This document shows, piece after piece, positions 51,092 to 63,460 of a stretch of DNA of 64,000 bases. Position 1 is the stretch's first letter. Each line of letters begins with the position of its first letter. The notes beneath the pieces were generated by a model. That model was not told the DNA's origin, searched no databases, and was given only the letters and a program-made list of their open reading frames with translations. Made by a program: the position numbers and the translations under genes. The DNA is from Octopus vulgaris (taxonomy: Eukaryota): assembly GCA_951406725.2 (NCBI GenBank), contig OX597836.1:47554001-47618000 (forward strand), read 5' to 3'.

Positions 51092-51524
51092 CCCTTTCAT
51101 TATTAGATTTCTTTCAAACTATACTGCTTTTGTTTCAATTAATTTTGAAAATAATGAAGAATTTAATCCTATAACCCAGTGCTTTTCAAACTTTTTGCTG
51201 GAGCGGAACCCCAAGGAAACATTCTACTGGCTCGAGGAACCCCTGAGCAATAATTTAATAGTCTTATGCACACACATATCTGCACAGGAGAATTAAAAAT
51301 TACTGCCAATTTTACCAGTTTTGTAACTTCTTGCGGAACCCCTGGACTGTACTGGCGGAACCCTGGTTGAAAACCACTGATATAACCTTATCAATATTAA
51401 AACTGGTGTTTGAAACATAATTTGACGTGAAATTTTTATGGGAGGTTAAAATTTAAATCACTTTAAAACAGCGAGTTTGTGTCATAGAACCAGGGCAGAT
51501 TCAGGTGGTTTGGTATCAAAAGGG
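51092..51524. mobile_element. piggyBac MITE related to the 41503-42579 element
   Basis: TTAA|CCCTTTC...GGTGGTTTGGTATCAAAAGGG|TTAA; both ends resemble those of 41503-42579. Confidence 0.85.
51177..51379. mobile_element. hAT (Charlie-like) MITE nested in the piggyBac MITE
   Basis: TIR CAGTGCTTTTCAA / TTGAAAACCACTG; subterminal GGAACCCC repeats; 8-bp TSD CTATAACC / ATATAACC. Confidence 0.9.
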
Positions 51525-51539
51525 TTAATGCTTGAGGTG

Positions 51540-51772
51540 AATATACAGAAGATACAAAGCTTGCACTGCTTACTTCTGTTCAGGTATGGCCCAGGTTTGT
51601 TCCAGCACTTTCCAGTCAATTGTTTATCATGTTCCCTCCTCTTTTGATCATAATATATGGCTGTAACATTTGTGCCTCTCTTGGATTTTAAAAGAAGACC
51701 TGTGATCATTTAACCTGGCCTTAAAGAGAACCTCCATTGTCCCAAAATATTTCTGTGTGCATGTCCCTCCAA

Positions 51773-51803
<31 letters not shown>

Positions 51804-52640
51804 GGACAATACCACTTCTGCTCTGCAGACCAGTCTCAGTGTTGCACTGATATGTCACTAAGCACTTACTGCAGACTTTACATAAGCATCTTGCTTCTGT
51901 GTGGATTTGGGGCATTCACTAATAGTTTTTTCACACTAGGTGCACAGCTGAGCGAAACCCTGAAGTTATATCTATAGCATAATCTTCTATACTTATGAGA
52001 CTGCGTAAAATGCTTATCCACTAACCTAATGAAGGCTCTTCCTACACAGAGTGAGAAGGGCAGGACAAACAAGAGGACCTTACAGGGGCACTTCCTCTTG
52101 TGGATGTTAAGGCCAGAGTATAGGTGATGCAGTCCTTAAATCCACTGGCTGCTACAGCCTCATTGTAATAAGGTGCCACTGTATCAAAAAAAGTCCTTCA
52201 AGAACATGTCTGATATACGCTTTCTGACACTCTTAATGAGGTTTTTAAACACTACAGATGGATGGCAGGAAGTTGCGTTGATGTATGACAGCCTTTCATT
52301 AGGTTTGTTGTAGGGTGTGTATGATCTATTGCCCAAATTAGACATTGTGTCTAAGAAATTTACTGTGGTATGGTTGGTCTCTATGATAACCTTAAGTCCT
52401 AGAAGTTATGAATGTGGATCTGGTCCTTCCTCAGTTTGTCCAGGATATGACCATTTGTGTCTTGATAGATGAATAATATGCCATTGCTATACAGGTCAAA
52501 GAGGGTCAGTGGGTATTTCTTAGGGTGCCTAATATAAATAATCATATAAAATTTCAGATATCCATGCTACTGAATGCTACCATTGCCACCCCAAAGGAGC
52601 CTTATGGACCTGTTCCTTTGACTCAGGCTGAGCATTTCTC
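51540..52640 (-). mobile_element. Penelope-like element RT-linker pseudogene
   Basis: Minus-strand remnants LYSNGIL (YRDDGL position), NFLDTMSNL, PYNKPNERLSYINATSCHPSVVFKNL and FIRLVDKHFTQSHKYRRL...VSLSCAPS, all typical of Penelope ORFs. Confidence 0.8.
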
Positions 52641-52692
52641 AAACAACAGGGCTTTTCTGGCAAGCATGCATGTACAAACACAAACACACACA

Positions 52693-52745
<53 letters not shown>

Positions 52746-52843
52746 ACTTGTTTTATTTATATTTCCTGAGCGCCATACTAATACAATTGTTCGTTTGTTT
52801 TCCACCTGCCTTCGTCTTTTGTCTATTTTCATAAAGCTTCCCG

Positions 52844-52891
<48 letters not shown>

Positions 52892-53498
52892 GGACATACA
52901 TCCAGTGGGCTTCAGCACAATTTATGCCAACCAAATTTCACTCCTAAGGCTTTGGTCAGAGATACTTTGCAAGGTAACATGCAAGTGAGATTGATCACAA
53001 AACCTAATGAATACAAAACAAGCTTCTTACTATAGAGATATATAGAAAAAAAGTTGTGGGAAGCATATAGACAGGTAAACAAATATAGTTTATACACCCA
53101 CAACACAATCCAGAAATATAAAACAACATCCCTATAATGCAGAATGGGGAGTATCAGCAATTTCATGTAAATATGCAAGGAAGTTTTTTTAAGCTTTCTA
53201 CTTATGTGGTTCACTTACAAAGAAATAGCAAAGGTAATTTTTCAGGCTCACCTTTATGCCTAAAATATTATTATATACTTTTAGTTTCCATGATCAGAAC
53301 TTAAAGAATTTCAACTTCCCTGTCACTTTTAGCTCAAATTCCCTTCAAATGTTAGGCTTTTCAGTATAATATACAAACTTAAGTTAGATCAGAAGTAGTT
53401 CTCAATGTGGGTAGTATTACCACCAAGGGGAGTGCTGGGCAGGTCATCAAGCTTTAGGGGCAGTGACACAACATAATCAACAAACTAAATTTTACCTA

Positions 53499-53831
53499 TA
53501 CTCTTTTACTTGTTTCAGTCATTTTGACTGCGGCCATGCTGGGGCACCGCCTTTAGTCGAGCAAATCGACCCCGGGACTTATTCTTTGTAAGCCCAGTGC
53601 TTATTCTATCGGTCTTTTTTGCCGAACCGCTAAGTGACGGGGACGTAAATACACCAGCATCGGTTGTCAAGCAATGCTAGGGGGACAAACACAGACACAC
53701 AAACACACACACATACATACATATATATACATATATACGACAGGCTTCTTTCAGTTTCCATTTACCAAATCCACTCACAAGGCATTGGTCGGCCCGGGGC
53801 TATAGCAGAAGACACTTGCCCAAGATGCCAC
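53499..53831 (-). mobile_element. SINE family A, 5'-truncated young copy
   Basis: Near-consensus body; flanked by TACCTATA on both sides (TSD). Confidence 0.9.
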
Positions 53832-54162
53832 TACTACCTATAGTAGTAAATACATTAAAACTAGTAATGGCTATTAAAATAAAATGAGATCCCATCAGGC
53901 ACAGAAAATCCATTAACTTGCAATGTTTAAAGTAAATTTACAACTTTTGTTTTTATTAATCTTTTTATCAATTCTCTGTTAAAAGCTTATACAATCCATT
54001 TTTAGAGTAAAATTTATAAATTATCACCCATTATAAGTTTGTTTAGTCATGATACCTCGCTCACAACCTAGGTGGGCACCAGGCATATCAACTACTTAAA
54101 AAGAGGTGCTACAAAAAAGATGTATTAGATGATGGACAAGAAAAATAATAATAATAATAATA

Positions 54163-54195
<33 letters not shown>

Positions 54196-55702
54196 CAAAA
54201 AGGAAGAAACTTCTTTCATATAATTCTTTAAAATGAAGAAAATATACATTTTTTAGAAAATAATTTGTCTCTATGCTTTAAAACTACATATAATTTTTTT
54301 CTTCTCAGGGTATAGCAAACAATGTCAATTCAATATAAATATTTTTTTGGCAAATTGTACCCATGAAAGTTGGTAACTACTTGTTGTTTAGCCCCAGGTC
54401 AGCCAAATCCAGCGAAATTAAGATCAACGGTGTTCTAGACATGAACATAATATTTTTTTTTTCTTCTTGTGAATGTAGGATTACTTTGTCTACTGAGTCC
54501 TTTCTCTTGAAGATTGTTTTTCATGACACCAGGGTGTGATTTGAAGGAAATTTGGCTGCTTTTTCTTAACTATCACTTCCAGTTTAAATGAAATCTAAGG
54601 ATTTTCTTTGCTTTTGTTTTAGTAAAATTATAATTTAAGAACATTCACATGAAACCAAGAGACTAACAGAAATGGTAAAAAAATAAAACCAAACCTCTAA
54701 ATTCAACTACAACTGGGAAGAATAGTTCAGTCCATTCCAGGTAAATATAGGTAAGAGAATAGATAATTCAAAGTTAAGGTGTTTAAGCAACATAGAAAAC
54801 ATTCTCAGAATACTGAAAAGATGAGAAATGGGCGTGGCAGTGTGTGTGTGTGTGTGTGTGTACGTGTGTGTGTGTGTTTATTCAGTACTGGGGCAGAGAA
54901 GGAACAAGAATGTAGGTTGTTTCAAGCAGGAAAGTACAAGCAGCACTTGTAGAAGATTTGCTAAACTCAATGAAGCAGAATTGGCAGTGAAAAAAAAAAA
55001 AAAAGCTGACTTCTGACAGCTACCAATTCCCAGCAGTTGAAGAAGCGATATTGGATAGCAGCAGAAGCAACAAGAGGTTGGAGAGAACAACACATGTGCA
55101 TTCTCTATGGTTGTAGTAGAGAAAAACAGGATACGTACTCTATTTCCGTTTCTATCCGTCTGTTTGTTTCTCTCATACATACACATGAGACAAAAAGAAT
55201 CTTTCTCACAAAAATAGTTTAAATTACAAGCACTGTACTGAAGAAGCACATTGAAGGCATAAAACGTGCCGTGACACACACAGGCAAGCAGGACAGACAT
55301 TCCAGCAAGAACACAAAGGAATAAACTGAAATAATTTCGTATACATGCCTCGGAAATTGACAAATACTTTTCCAAACTCTTAATTTACTTACTATAAGTG
55401 TATAGACACACACACACACACTAGCCTTAAGCAAAGAAACAAACATAATATATAACATGTTACAGAATACATTACGCGCACACACACGCACACACACACG
55501 CACACACGCACGCACACAACCATAACTAGGTAATGGGACACAAACATTACAAATATGTATAAAGTAAGCCATGTATACATGGTTCATTGAACAAACAAAG
55601 AGTAGTACTCAATAGTTTTGGTTATTTAAGAATTTAAAAGAAATTTTAAATGGTTTCTAGGTATTTAGGCCTCCACTCTCAGTTCGGGTCATGTGATCAA
55701 TT

Positions 55703-56989
55703 TTGCTTATCATGGTAACCACTAGCTGTATTGCAAAACTGATGGAATCGTGTGTCAGAGAAACACTCTGGAACTTCTGGAGCTCTCACAGTCTCATCCG
55801 ACCCTCACAATATGGATTTGTCCCTAACTCCAGCTGCAGTGACCAGCTTGTCGAATTCCTTGAGGACATTACTCAGATCACTGACAGTGGCTCATGGGTG
55901 GATGTTGTCTACCTTGACTTTGCTAAGGCTTTCAACTCTGTGCCACACAAAAGGCTTATGGTGAAACTCTCTGCAATGGGTGTGGGGGATGACCTTTTTA
56001 ACTGGTTGAAATCCTTCATCCTCAGCCGAAAGGAGGTAGTCACAGTTCTAGGACAGCACTCTACACCATATGAGATGTCATCGGGTGTACCACAGGGATC
56101 TGTCCTTGGTCCCCTCCTGTTTGTGGCATACATTAATGACATAGATGCCAATTTAAAGAATGCCACAGTATTGAAATATGCAGACGACATCAAGCTGTAC
56201 CTTGAAATCAAGAGGACTGATCCTGATGTCTACAACTCTTTCCTGCAATCAGACCTAGACACAATGCAGCAATGGATCACAGACTGGCAACTGAAACTGG
56301 CTGTGGACAAGTGTACCACCATGCATTTTGGGAGAAAAAACCCTGCGTCCACATACTCCCTCCACAACACTGATATCAAGAAATCCTCTTGCGAGCGTGA
56401 CCTAGGCATCACTGTCAGCAGTGATTTGCGTTGGACAAAGCATATCTCTAAAATTGTCAAGAAGGCCGAGGGTGTCTTGGCATCACTCAGCAAGACTTTT
56501 GTTAGCCGCTCTCCAGCCATCTATTTAAAACTGTATACAGCTATGGTACGACCACACTTGGAATTCGCATCATCAGTTTGGAATCCCTATCTTGCTCAGA
56601 ACATTGACCTCCTGGAATCTGTCCAGAGACGTGCAACCAAACGCATACCCTCCATCAGACACCTACCATATTCTGAGCGCCTTGTTTCCCTGGGCATGGA
56701 TTCACTGAAGCTCCGGCGTCTAGTGACGGACTTGGTAAACACCCACAAGGTTATCAACCACCTCACCAACAACAACACTGAACACCTTTTTGATCTCCAT
56801 GTGTCTAACACACGTGGACATGCCTACAAAGTCAGAAAACAGCACAGCTCCCATGACTTTCGGAAACATTTTTTCACGCTCAGGGTTGCTGAAGCGTGGA
56901 ATAAACTGCCTGCATCAGTTGTTGACTGCCATGACACTGCATCCTTTAAGGCCCTCATGCTTCCCAAAATCCGTCGAAGCTACACCTGA
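55703..56989 (+). CDS. Reverse transcriptase plus C-terminal region of a CR1-clade LINE ORF2 (5'-truncated, open frame, no true start codon)
   Basis: Motifs TSCIAKLME, QYGF, VDVVYLDFAKAF, SGVPQGSVLGPLLF, YADD, ERDLG, VRPHLEF..VWNP, LESVQRRATK, RGH..K and FFTLRVAEAWNKLP. The APE endonuclease is absent. Confidence 0.95.
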   Translation: MLIMVTTSCIAKLMESCVRETLWNFWSSHSLIRPSQYGFVPNSSCSDQLVEFLEDITQITDSGSWVDVVYLDFAKAFNSVPHKRLMVKLSAMGVGDDLFNWLKSFILSRKEVVTVLGQHSTPYEMSSGVPQGSVLGPLLFVAYINDIDANLKNATVLKYADDIKLYLEIKRTDPDVYNSFLQSDLDTMQQWITDWQLKLAVDKCTTMHFGRKNPASTYSLHNTDIKKSSCERDLGITVSSDLRWTKHISKIVKKAEGVLASLSKTFVSRSPAIYLKLYTAMVRPHLEFASSVWNPYLAQNIDLLESVQRRATKRIPSIRHLPYSERLVSLGMDSLKLRRLVTDLVNTHKVINHLTNNNTEHLFDLHVSNTRGHAYKVRKQHSSHDFRKHFFTLRVAEAWNKLPASVVDCHDTASFKALMLPKIRRSYT

Positions 56990-57062
56990 TTATATATACA
57001 CTTTAGATGAGTTGTAGTGCACCTGAGCACTGTACACAATTATTATTATTATTATTATTATA
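55718..57062 (+). mobile_element. Young 5'-truncated CR1-clade LINE with short 3' UTR hairpin and (TTA)n tail
   Basis: The ORF above; 3' UTR stem AGTGC-ACCTGA-GCACT; (ATT)n at 57039-57062. Confidence 0.9.
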
Positions 57063-57159
57063 ATCTATTTTCTTCTTAATCCTCTCAGACCTGGGCCCCT
57101 GTCTCTAACCCTAACCCTCCACTTGGGCTCCTGAGCAAAAAAATAAACAGTTACATATG

Positions 57160-57503
57160 CAGAATCGAAATCGATCAATGGAAATTGCAGCTGAGTTACC
57201 AGTGCCGGTGGCACGTAAAAAGCACCATCCGTTCATGGCCATTGCCAGCCTCGCCTGGCTCCCTTGCCGGTGGCATGTAAAAAGCACCATCCGTTCGTGG
57301 CCGTTTGCCAGGCTCGTCTGGCACGTAAAAAGCACCCACTACACTCATGGAGTGGTTGGCGTTAGGAAGGGCATCCAGCCGTAGAAACATTGCCAGATCA
57401 AACTGGGCCTGGTGCAGCCTTCTGGCTTCCCAGACCCCAGTTGAACCGTCCAACCCATGCTAGCATGGAGAACGGACGTTAAACGACGATGATGATGATG
57501 ATG
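57160..57503 (+). mobile_element. RTE-tail short element, young copy
   Basis: Internal repeats of GGCA(C/T)GTAAAAAGCACC x3, GGCGTTAGGAAGGGCATCCAGCCGTAGAAAC and a (GAT)n tail. Confidence 0.85.
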
Positions 57504-57799
57504 CAGCTCAAGAGTAACAACTGCAGGAGGCAAACTAATCACAAAACAACAAAAGTCAGGAGAAAACAATAAAAGGCCAATCTCTCAACCAGCAGATTTG
57601 TTCATCCAGATTGCTGCTTTCCTCATCACTTTCACCAGTTTGATTGTCCAAATCACTCTTATTGTCTGCATAAGAGGAAACTCTTCATTCAAAGAATACA
57701 ATATCAGAAATAATTTTCTCAGCTGTAAAGTGTCCGGTCCTTCTGGTTTAGCAAGCAAAATGCTGGGTTTATTACACACTTGCTCCATAAAACAAAAGT

Positions 57800-58481
57800 A
57801 GGCGCAGGAGTGGCTGTGTGGTAAGTAGCTTGCTAAGCTATCAGCAGAGTCTATCATTGAGATTGTGCCACCTCCTTTCCTCAGCAGGGAAAGGAAGGCT
57901 TATTTTTCCTGCGTAGTAGCCATACTGAAAGAAACAGTATGGAAGACGCGTACGAAAGGTATAGTGACAGGTACCTTTGTATCCGGCCAGGGGTTGGTTA
58001 ACTTTTTCAGTTACCACCTCAGTAGTAAGATCAGGCTGGAGAAGAGGTGTCTGTCACGAGACATGTTTGCGAAAAGATGGAAGGCTGTAGCGTGCAAGCT
58101 GGGTATATCTGGCACCAGGTAAGTGTGGCCGGATCAAGAAGTAAAGGTTCTACCCAGATGGCTGGGATCCGTGCCCTACTGTATAATACCAACTTTTAGA
58201 AACTTTATATTGTAAATATTATATATATTTTATTGTAATCACCAACGTTTTAAGCTACAACACCCTATATGTTTGTCTGCATTTGTATGTCCCCTCTATG
58301 TAACGCCTTAATGGCGAATCTTTCATGAAATAAAGTAGCGTGCTAACCAACCACATGGTTCCAGGTTCAGTCCCACTGCGTGACATCTTGGGCAAGTGTC
58401 TTCTGCTATAGCCCCGGGCCGACCAATGCCTTGTGAGTGGATTTGGTAGACGGAAATTGAAAGAAGCCAGTCGTATTTATG

Positions 58482-58518
<37 letters not shown>

Positions 58519-58714
58519 TTGTCCCCCTAGCATTGCTTGACAACCGATGCTGGTGTGTTTACGTCCCCGTCACTTAGCGGTTCGGCAAAAGAGACCGATA
58601 GAATAAGTACTGGGCTTACAAAGAATAAGTTCCGGGGTCGATTTGCTCGACTAAAGGCGGTGCTCCAGCATGGCCGCAGTGAAATGACTGAAACAAGTAA
58701 AAGAGTAAAGAGAG
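57800..58714 (+). mobile_element. SINE family A split by a LINE insertion (57800-57836 and 58347-58714)
   Basis: The head GGCGCAGGAGTGGCTGTGTGGTAAGTAGCTTGCTAA resumes as CCAACCACATGG at 58347. Confidence 0.9.
57837..58332 (+). mobile_element. Tx1/L1-clade LINE 3' fragment with 14-bp TSD
   Basis: The open frame ...VVAILKETVWKTR...HLSSKIRLEKRCLSRDMFAKRW* resembles the Tx1 ORF2 C-terminus (K..IW..R / F...W). AT-rich UTR ending AATAAA; TSD AAGTAGC(T/G)TGCTAA. Confidence 0.7.
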
Positions 58715-59489
58715 CTATGGGGTGGGGGGGGGACACTGCAAACAATGAGTCATAAAGATACTTGATTATAACGATGTAACATAATCGGTTGTCTATTTTT
58801 ACTATTTCATCTTCATTTTCTATGCATGTTGTTCATTACCCTTTTAACGAGAATCCGGTAGAGATTACATTTAGGTTATTCCCACTATCAGGAATATGGT
58901 GTGATAGGGTTAAGCCCACATGGTGCACACCGGATGTTGGCATCATTTTGCCAACATTCTGCAACATGATATAAGTCAGTAATAACAGCACTTCACATTT
59001 GATGCTGCATGTGGTAGGATAGACATGATGTTGACACCAATTAACCATTCTGTCATCATTCTGTCAGTGTGGTATTTCAATGACAACAATTATCCCATGG
59101 GGTAAATGATTTGATGGTGTCAGGCTACAAATGAGCTCACCTGGCTGACATGAGCATTCTGTTATTTCTATAGGCAGTAGAAGCTGTATACCCAGCCGTT
59201 GTGTGGAGGTCAGTTTACCTTAGACAAAACCATTCATACAAACAGAAATTCCAATGAAAATTTATTGGTCAGTGAGTATATTCAGTTCTTTTACTCTCTA
59301 CTTCGAGTTTGAATACTGACAACTGTTTACTTCCTAAATGGGAAAAATACACTCGGATATTTCTTTGAAGGATTTTCTGGTACCTGGAAGCACAGACTAT
59401 CCCGCAAGCCAGCTCCTTCATAATGTGTATATGATGGAAAGAATATTTTTTCGACAATACCTGCAGAAATGATAAAATACCAAACGCAG

Positions 59490-59713
59490 ACAATGGCCGT
59501 TTGCCAGCTCTGTCTGGCACCTGTGCAGGTGGCACGTAAAAAGCACCCACTACACTCACGGAGTGGTTGGCGTTAGGAAGGGCATCCAGCCGTAGAAACA
59601 CTGCCAGATCTGACTGGGCCTGATGAAGCCTTCCAGCTTCACAGACCCCAATTGAACCGTCCAACCCATGCTAGCATGGAGAACGGACGCTAAATGACGA
59701 TGATGATGATGAT
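59490..59713 (+). mobile_element. RTE-tail short element, 5'-truncated
   Basis: Near-identical to 57296-57503; (GAT)n tail. Confidence 0.85.
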
Positions 59714-60299
59714 GAGACAATGACTTAAAGTGTTTATTCAAATCTCATTGCAATCGATCACAAAATCATCACCTTATGGGATTTGGGGAGGATCTAATCA
59801 ATATAATTAGGAATATCAAATTAAAGAAAAATCCACTCCATAATAATAAACCTATGAAGAAATTGGACAATCTGATTAAGCAACTTAAACGAGCATTAGG
59901 AATCTGGTACAAAACTTGAAACCTGTGCAATGTTGTTAACATGATAATTTGCAATGAATTCTACAGTAATTAGAATCAAACATCTCTCTCTCTATTCTGA
60001 ATAATATTAATTCTACAGGATTAAAAATTGTCAAAAGCCTCGGGCTTGCTGATAACTCATTGATACTCCAGGTAAGCCTAAAGAACCATAACCCAAAGTT
60101 TGGAGATAAACCTATTGTTGGGCTTAGATGGGCAAATGCCCATCAAAGCTGGATGCTGATAAATTGAGCAAGAAAAATTTCTATAACCAAACTTAGACTA
60201 TGGTTGGATCTAATGAGGTTATAAATTGGTTTATTACATTTTCATGATAGTTTTCACCATCATCGTCTCAAGCACTCTCTCATTCTCTCATGCAGTGTC

Positions 60300-61170
60300 C
60301 TTCCCATTCAGTTGGAGGCCCTAGCTGTTAATTTGAAGGCATGGAGATCCATGTGTGATGCTGGAGTAGAGTGTTTTGAAATCGAACACAGGAGACTGCA
60401 TGAAGAGAGGAGGAGTCATCATCCCTCTGCAGCAGTTGTTCAGGGGTCACTTTCAGTACCCTCAGAGCCACAGGATCTGCCTATCTCATGTCAGTCTCGT
60501 CAGCCACATCTGCTCCTATGAGAAACAATGTATGGAGGAAGAGAAGAAAGGTCTTGGATCAATGCTGTCATCACCTTTGATGGATTGTTGTAAGCAAGCA
60601 AGCACATCCATCCATCCATCTCCTCCGCCCACTGGGAGAGGATCCTGAGAGTAGAGTCCTCAGGTACCTCCTTCAATCAGAAGCAATTGTCATTAGACTT
60701 TCCAGTTGGATTCTCAAGCATGACTAACCGAGACAATGGATATTATCCAACCATCTAATATTTGGTTTCCCTTGATCTCCTGTTGGTTGGTTCAGCTTAA
60801 AGAATCTGTCTTGTGATTGTTTTTACTGACGTTCTAATCACATGTCTGTAGTACTGAACCTGTAACTACTCAATTTTGAGAAGTAGTGGCTCAACCTAGA
60901 GAGACTCAATGAGTCCCGAGCTGTACGCCCTGTCAAGTAATTTTACTCCAGAGACCCTTCAGAAGAGCACCATTTTGGCCACTTGTATTCACAACCCTAC
61001 TCTTTCAGTCATTATCCAACATTCATGAACATAGATGAGGATGGAGATAACAACCAAATTAACGACAGTGGGTATGGCTTTTGCCTTTTCAAGGATTGAA
61101 TATTGCAGCTGGTGCATTACTGTGCAAGCAGCATCTGCATTTTTAGCATCCAATTCAGCTCTGTCCAAAC
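60300..61170. mobile_element. Decayed RTE-clade LINE fragments (plus strand ~60300-60600; minus strand ~60640-61170)
   Basis: Plus strand: EALAVNLKAWRSMCDAGVECFE and RICLSHVSLVSHI (degenerate C2H2 end). The minus-strand segment has weaker RTE-like remnants. Confidence 0.55.
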
Positions 61171-61531
61171 CTTGTTAGTTAATAACATTATGCAAATTAA
61201 ACCTATTTACCTATGTTCTAGTTTGTAGACATTATAACTAGCTACAAGCTACTGACTGATATGTCCATGGACAAAACAAAAAAAAAAAGAGAAATGGATC
61301 CTCTTTCTCTGATTAAGGCCTAGGGAGAGTAGAAACTACGTCGTATTGATCCTACTTTATCTGCTGAGAGAAGAAAAAAAACCTGTAGTGTAAGCACTCT
61401 ATTTACTTTACACAGAGAGGAAAGACTATGGCAGAATCAGTAAAACAGCAGATGAATAATCACTAGGTTTTATTTGATTGCATCTTTTTAAGTTCAAATC
61501 CTGAACTCGACTTCACTCCTTCCGATTTTTA

Positions 61532-61950
61532 TAGGTGTAGGAGTGGGTGTGTGGTAAGTAGCTTGTTTACCAACCACATGGTTCCAGGTTCAGTCCCACT
61601 GCGTGGCACCTTGGGCCAGTGTCTTCTACTATAGCCTCGGGCCGACCAAAGCCTCGTTAGAGGCTTTGGTAGACGGAAACTGAAAGAAGCCTGTCGTGTA
61701 TATATATATATGTGTGTGTGTGTGTATGTATGTTTGTGTGTCTGTGTTTGTCCACCTAACATTGCTTAACAACCGATGCTGGTGTGTTTATGTCCCCATC
61801 ACTTAGCGGTTCGGCAAAAGAGACTGATAGAATAAGTACTAGGCTTACAAAGAATAAGTCCTGGGGTCGATTTGCTCAACTAAAGACGGTGCTCCAGCAT
61901 GGCCACAGTCAAATGACTGAAACAAGTAAAAGAGTAAAAGAGAAAAAGAG
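61532..61950 (+). mobile_element. SINE family A, full length
   Basis: Head, B box, internal (TA/TG)n and tail all present. Confidence 0.9.
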
Positions 61951-62189
61951 AGAGAGGTTAAAATTGTTTATCAAAATGATTTTACCTGTCATTAGATTTC
62001 AACTTATTCAAAAGCACTACAGAGTGCATTCCTTCCTTTCTCACATCAGATTGACAAACAGCCCCTGGCGACTTCCTTTGCTAGCATTTTGTCCTTGCCA
62101 TGAGAAACTACAAATGTGACTTTCCATTACCTTCTTTCAAGGGCTTTTTACAAGACACCATCTTGTTGGTCAGATGGATAACTTTGGTG

Positions 62190-62510
62190 CCAGCATAGCT
62201 GTGTGGGAAGATGCTTACTTTCCAACCAAATGGTTCGGAGTTTAGACACCTTGGGCAAGTGTCTTCTACTATAGCCTCAGGCTGACCAAAGCCTTGTGAA
62301 TGGATTTGGTAGACAGAAACTGAAATAAATGTGTGTGTGTGTGTGTGTTTGTACTCCACCACCACTTGACAACTGGTGTGTTTATGTCCCTGTAACTTAA
62401 CAGTTCAGCAAAAAAGACCAATGAAATAAGTACAAAGCTCAAGGAAAAAAGTCCTTCGGTTGATTTGTCCAAACATGGCCACTGTCAAATGACTGAAACA
62501 AGATAAAAGA
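62190..62510 (+). mobile_element. SINE family A, old copy
   Basis: Diverged and colinear, with small deletions. Confidence 0.75.
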
Positions 62511-63405
62511 TGTCTGGGCGCTGAGAATACGAACAAATACAACAAAGCATTTTGTCCACCACTCAAGAGCGACAACATAAATGGCTAGGAATTTGGTCTG
62601 AGATTCTGACTGCAAAGTTGTTACTTTGAAGTGCATTATTAATTAATGAACCAAATTGTCTGCACAGGTACTAATGAAATCTAGTTTACATACATTATAA
62701 ATCATTATAAGCTACAAATCTCTCCACAGTAAAAGCTGGAGAATCAGATCAATCTCACCTTTTTTTTGCACGCTACAGATAAAACCCTTTGGTATAATCA
62801 CTTTTTTTTTAAACAGCAAAGCTAAAATTGTATGCTTATCAAAAAGATTATATCTTTTGTTACAATTCAATTTATTCAGGAGTGCTGGGTGGGGCATTAT
62901 GTATGCACACACACACACACACACAAATACAAATAATACACTTTGATAATGAAAAAGCAAGCACGTGATCCAAATGTTCTATATTTTGTTTATATATGTA
63001 TTATAAATATTTGGTTCTTACTCCAGTTTGAAAATCTGTGATCATTCATTTTGAGAGACTGCAGAGCATGGAACTTGAGTAGTGGTTGAGTACTTAGCTG
63101 TGTGTGTGTGTACATATACAGGTGTACACATACATATACACACACACACACTTACAAATATACATATGGAGGGACCATCCTGGCTTAACACCTTTTGATG
63201 TCAGTAATGAATCCACCTTGCTACATTCAAGCTAAATTTTTTGTCTGACAATTAACTTCCACCCTTCCTCTACCTGTCTCAGAGCTCCAGCAGCATACAT
63301 GCATATATTATTTAGAATTAATGGATTTTAGTTTTCCCTATTACAAAAGTTGCCAGCAAAGAAAATGCCAGGTAATTTACTTCAAGTAAAATATACAGCT
63401 ACCAC

Positions 63406-63460
<55 letters not shown>

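Noticed and set aside
54878-55587. 165-aa and 122-aa minus-strand ORFs
   Set aside because: Low complexity, partly microsatellite, and no recognisable domain.
55909-56811. Minus-strand ORFs overlapping the RT
   Set aside because: Antisense shadows of the CR1 ORF.
57837-58332. Solo LTR
   Set aside because: No TG...CA ends, the TSD is 14 bp, and it has a coding remnant plus an AATAAA end typical of a non-LTR element.
59219-59460. Minus-strand exon between a strong acceptor and a gtaaac donor
   Set aside because: Stops in all three frames across the full interval; it cannot be supported as coding without RNA data.
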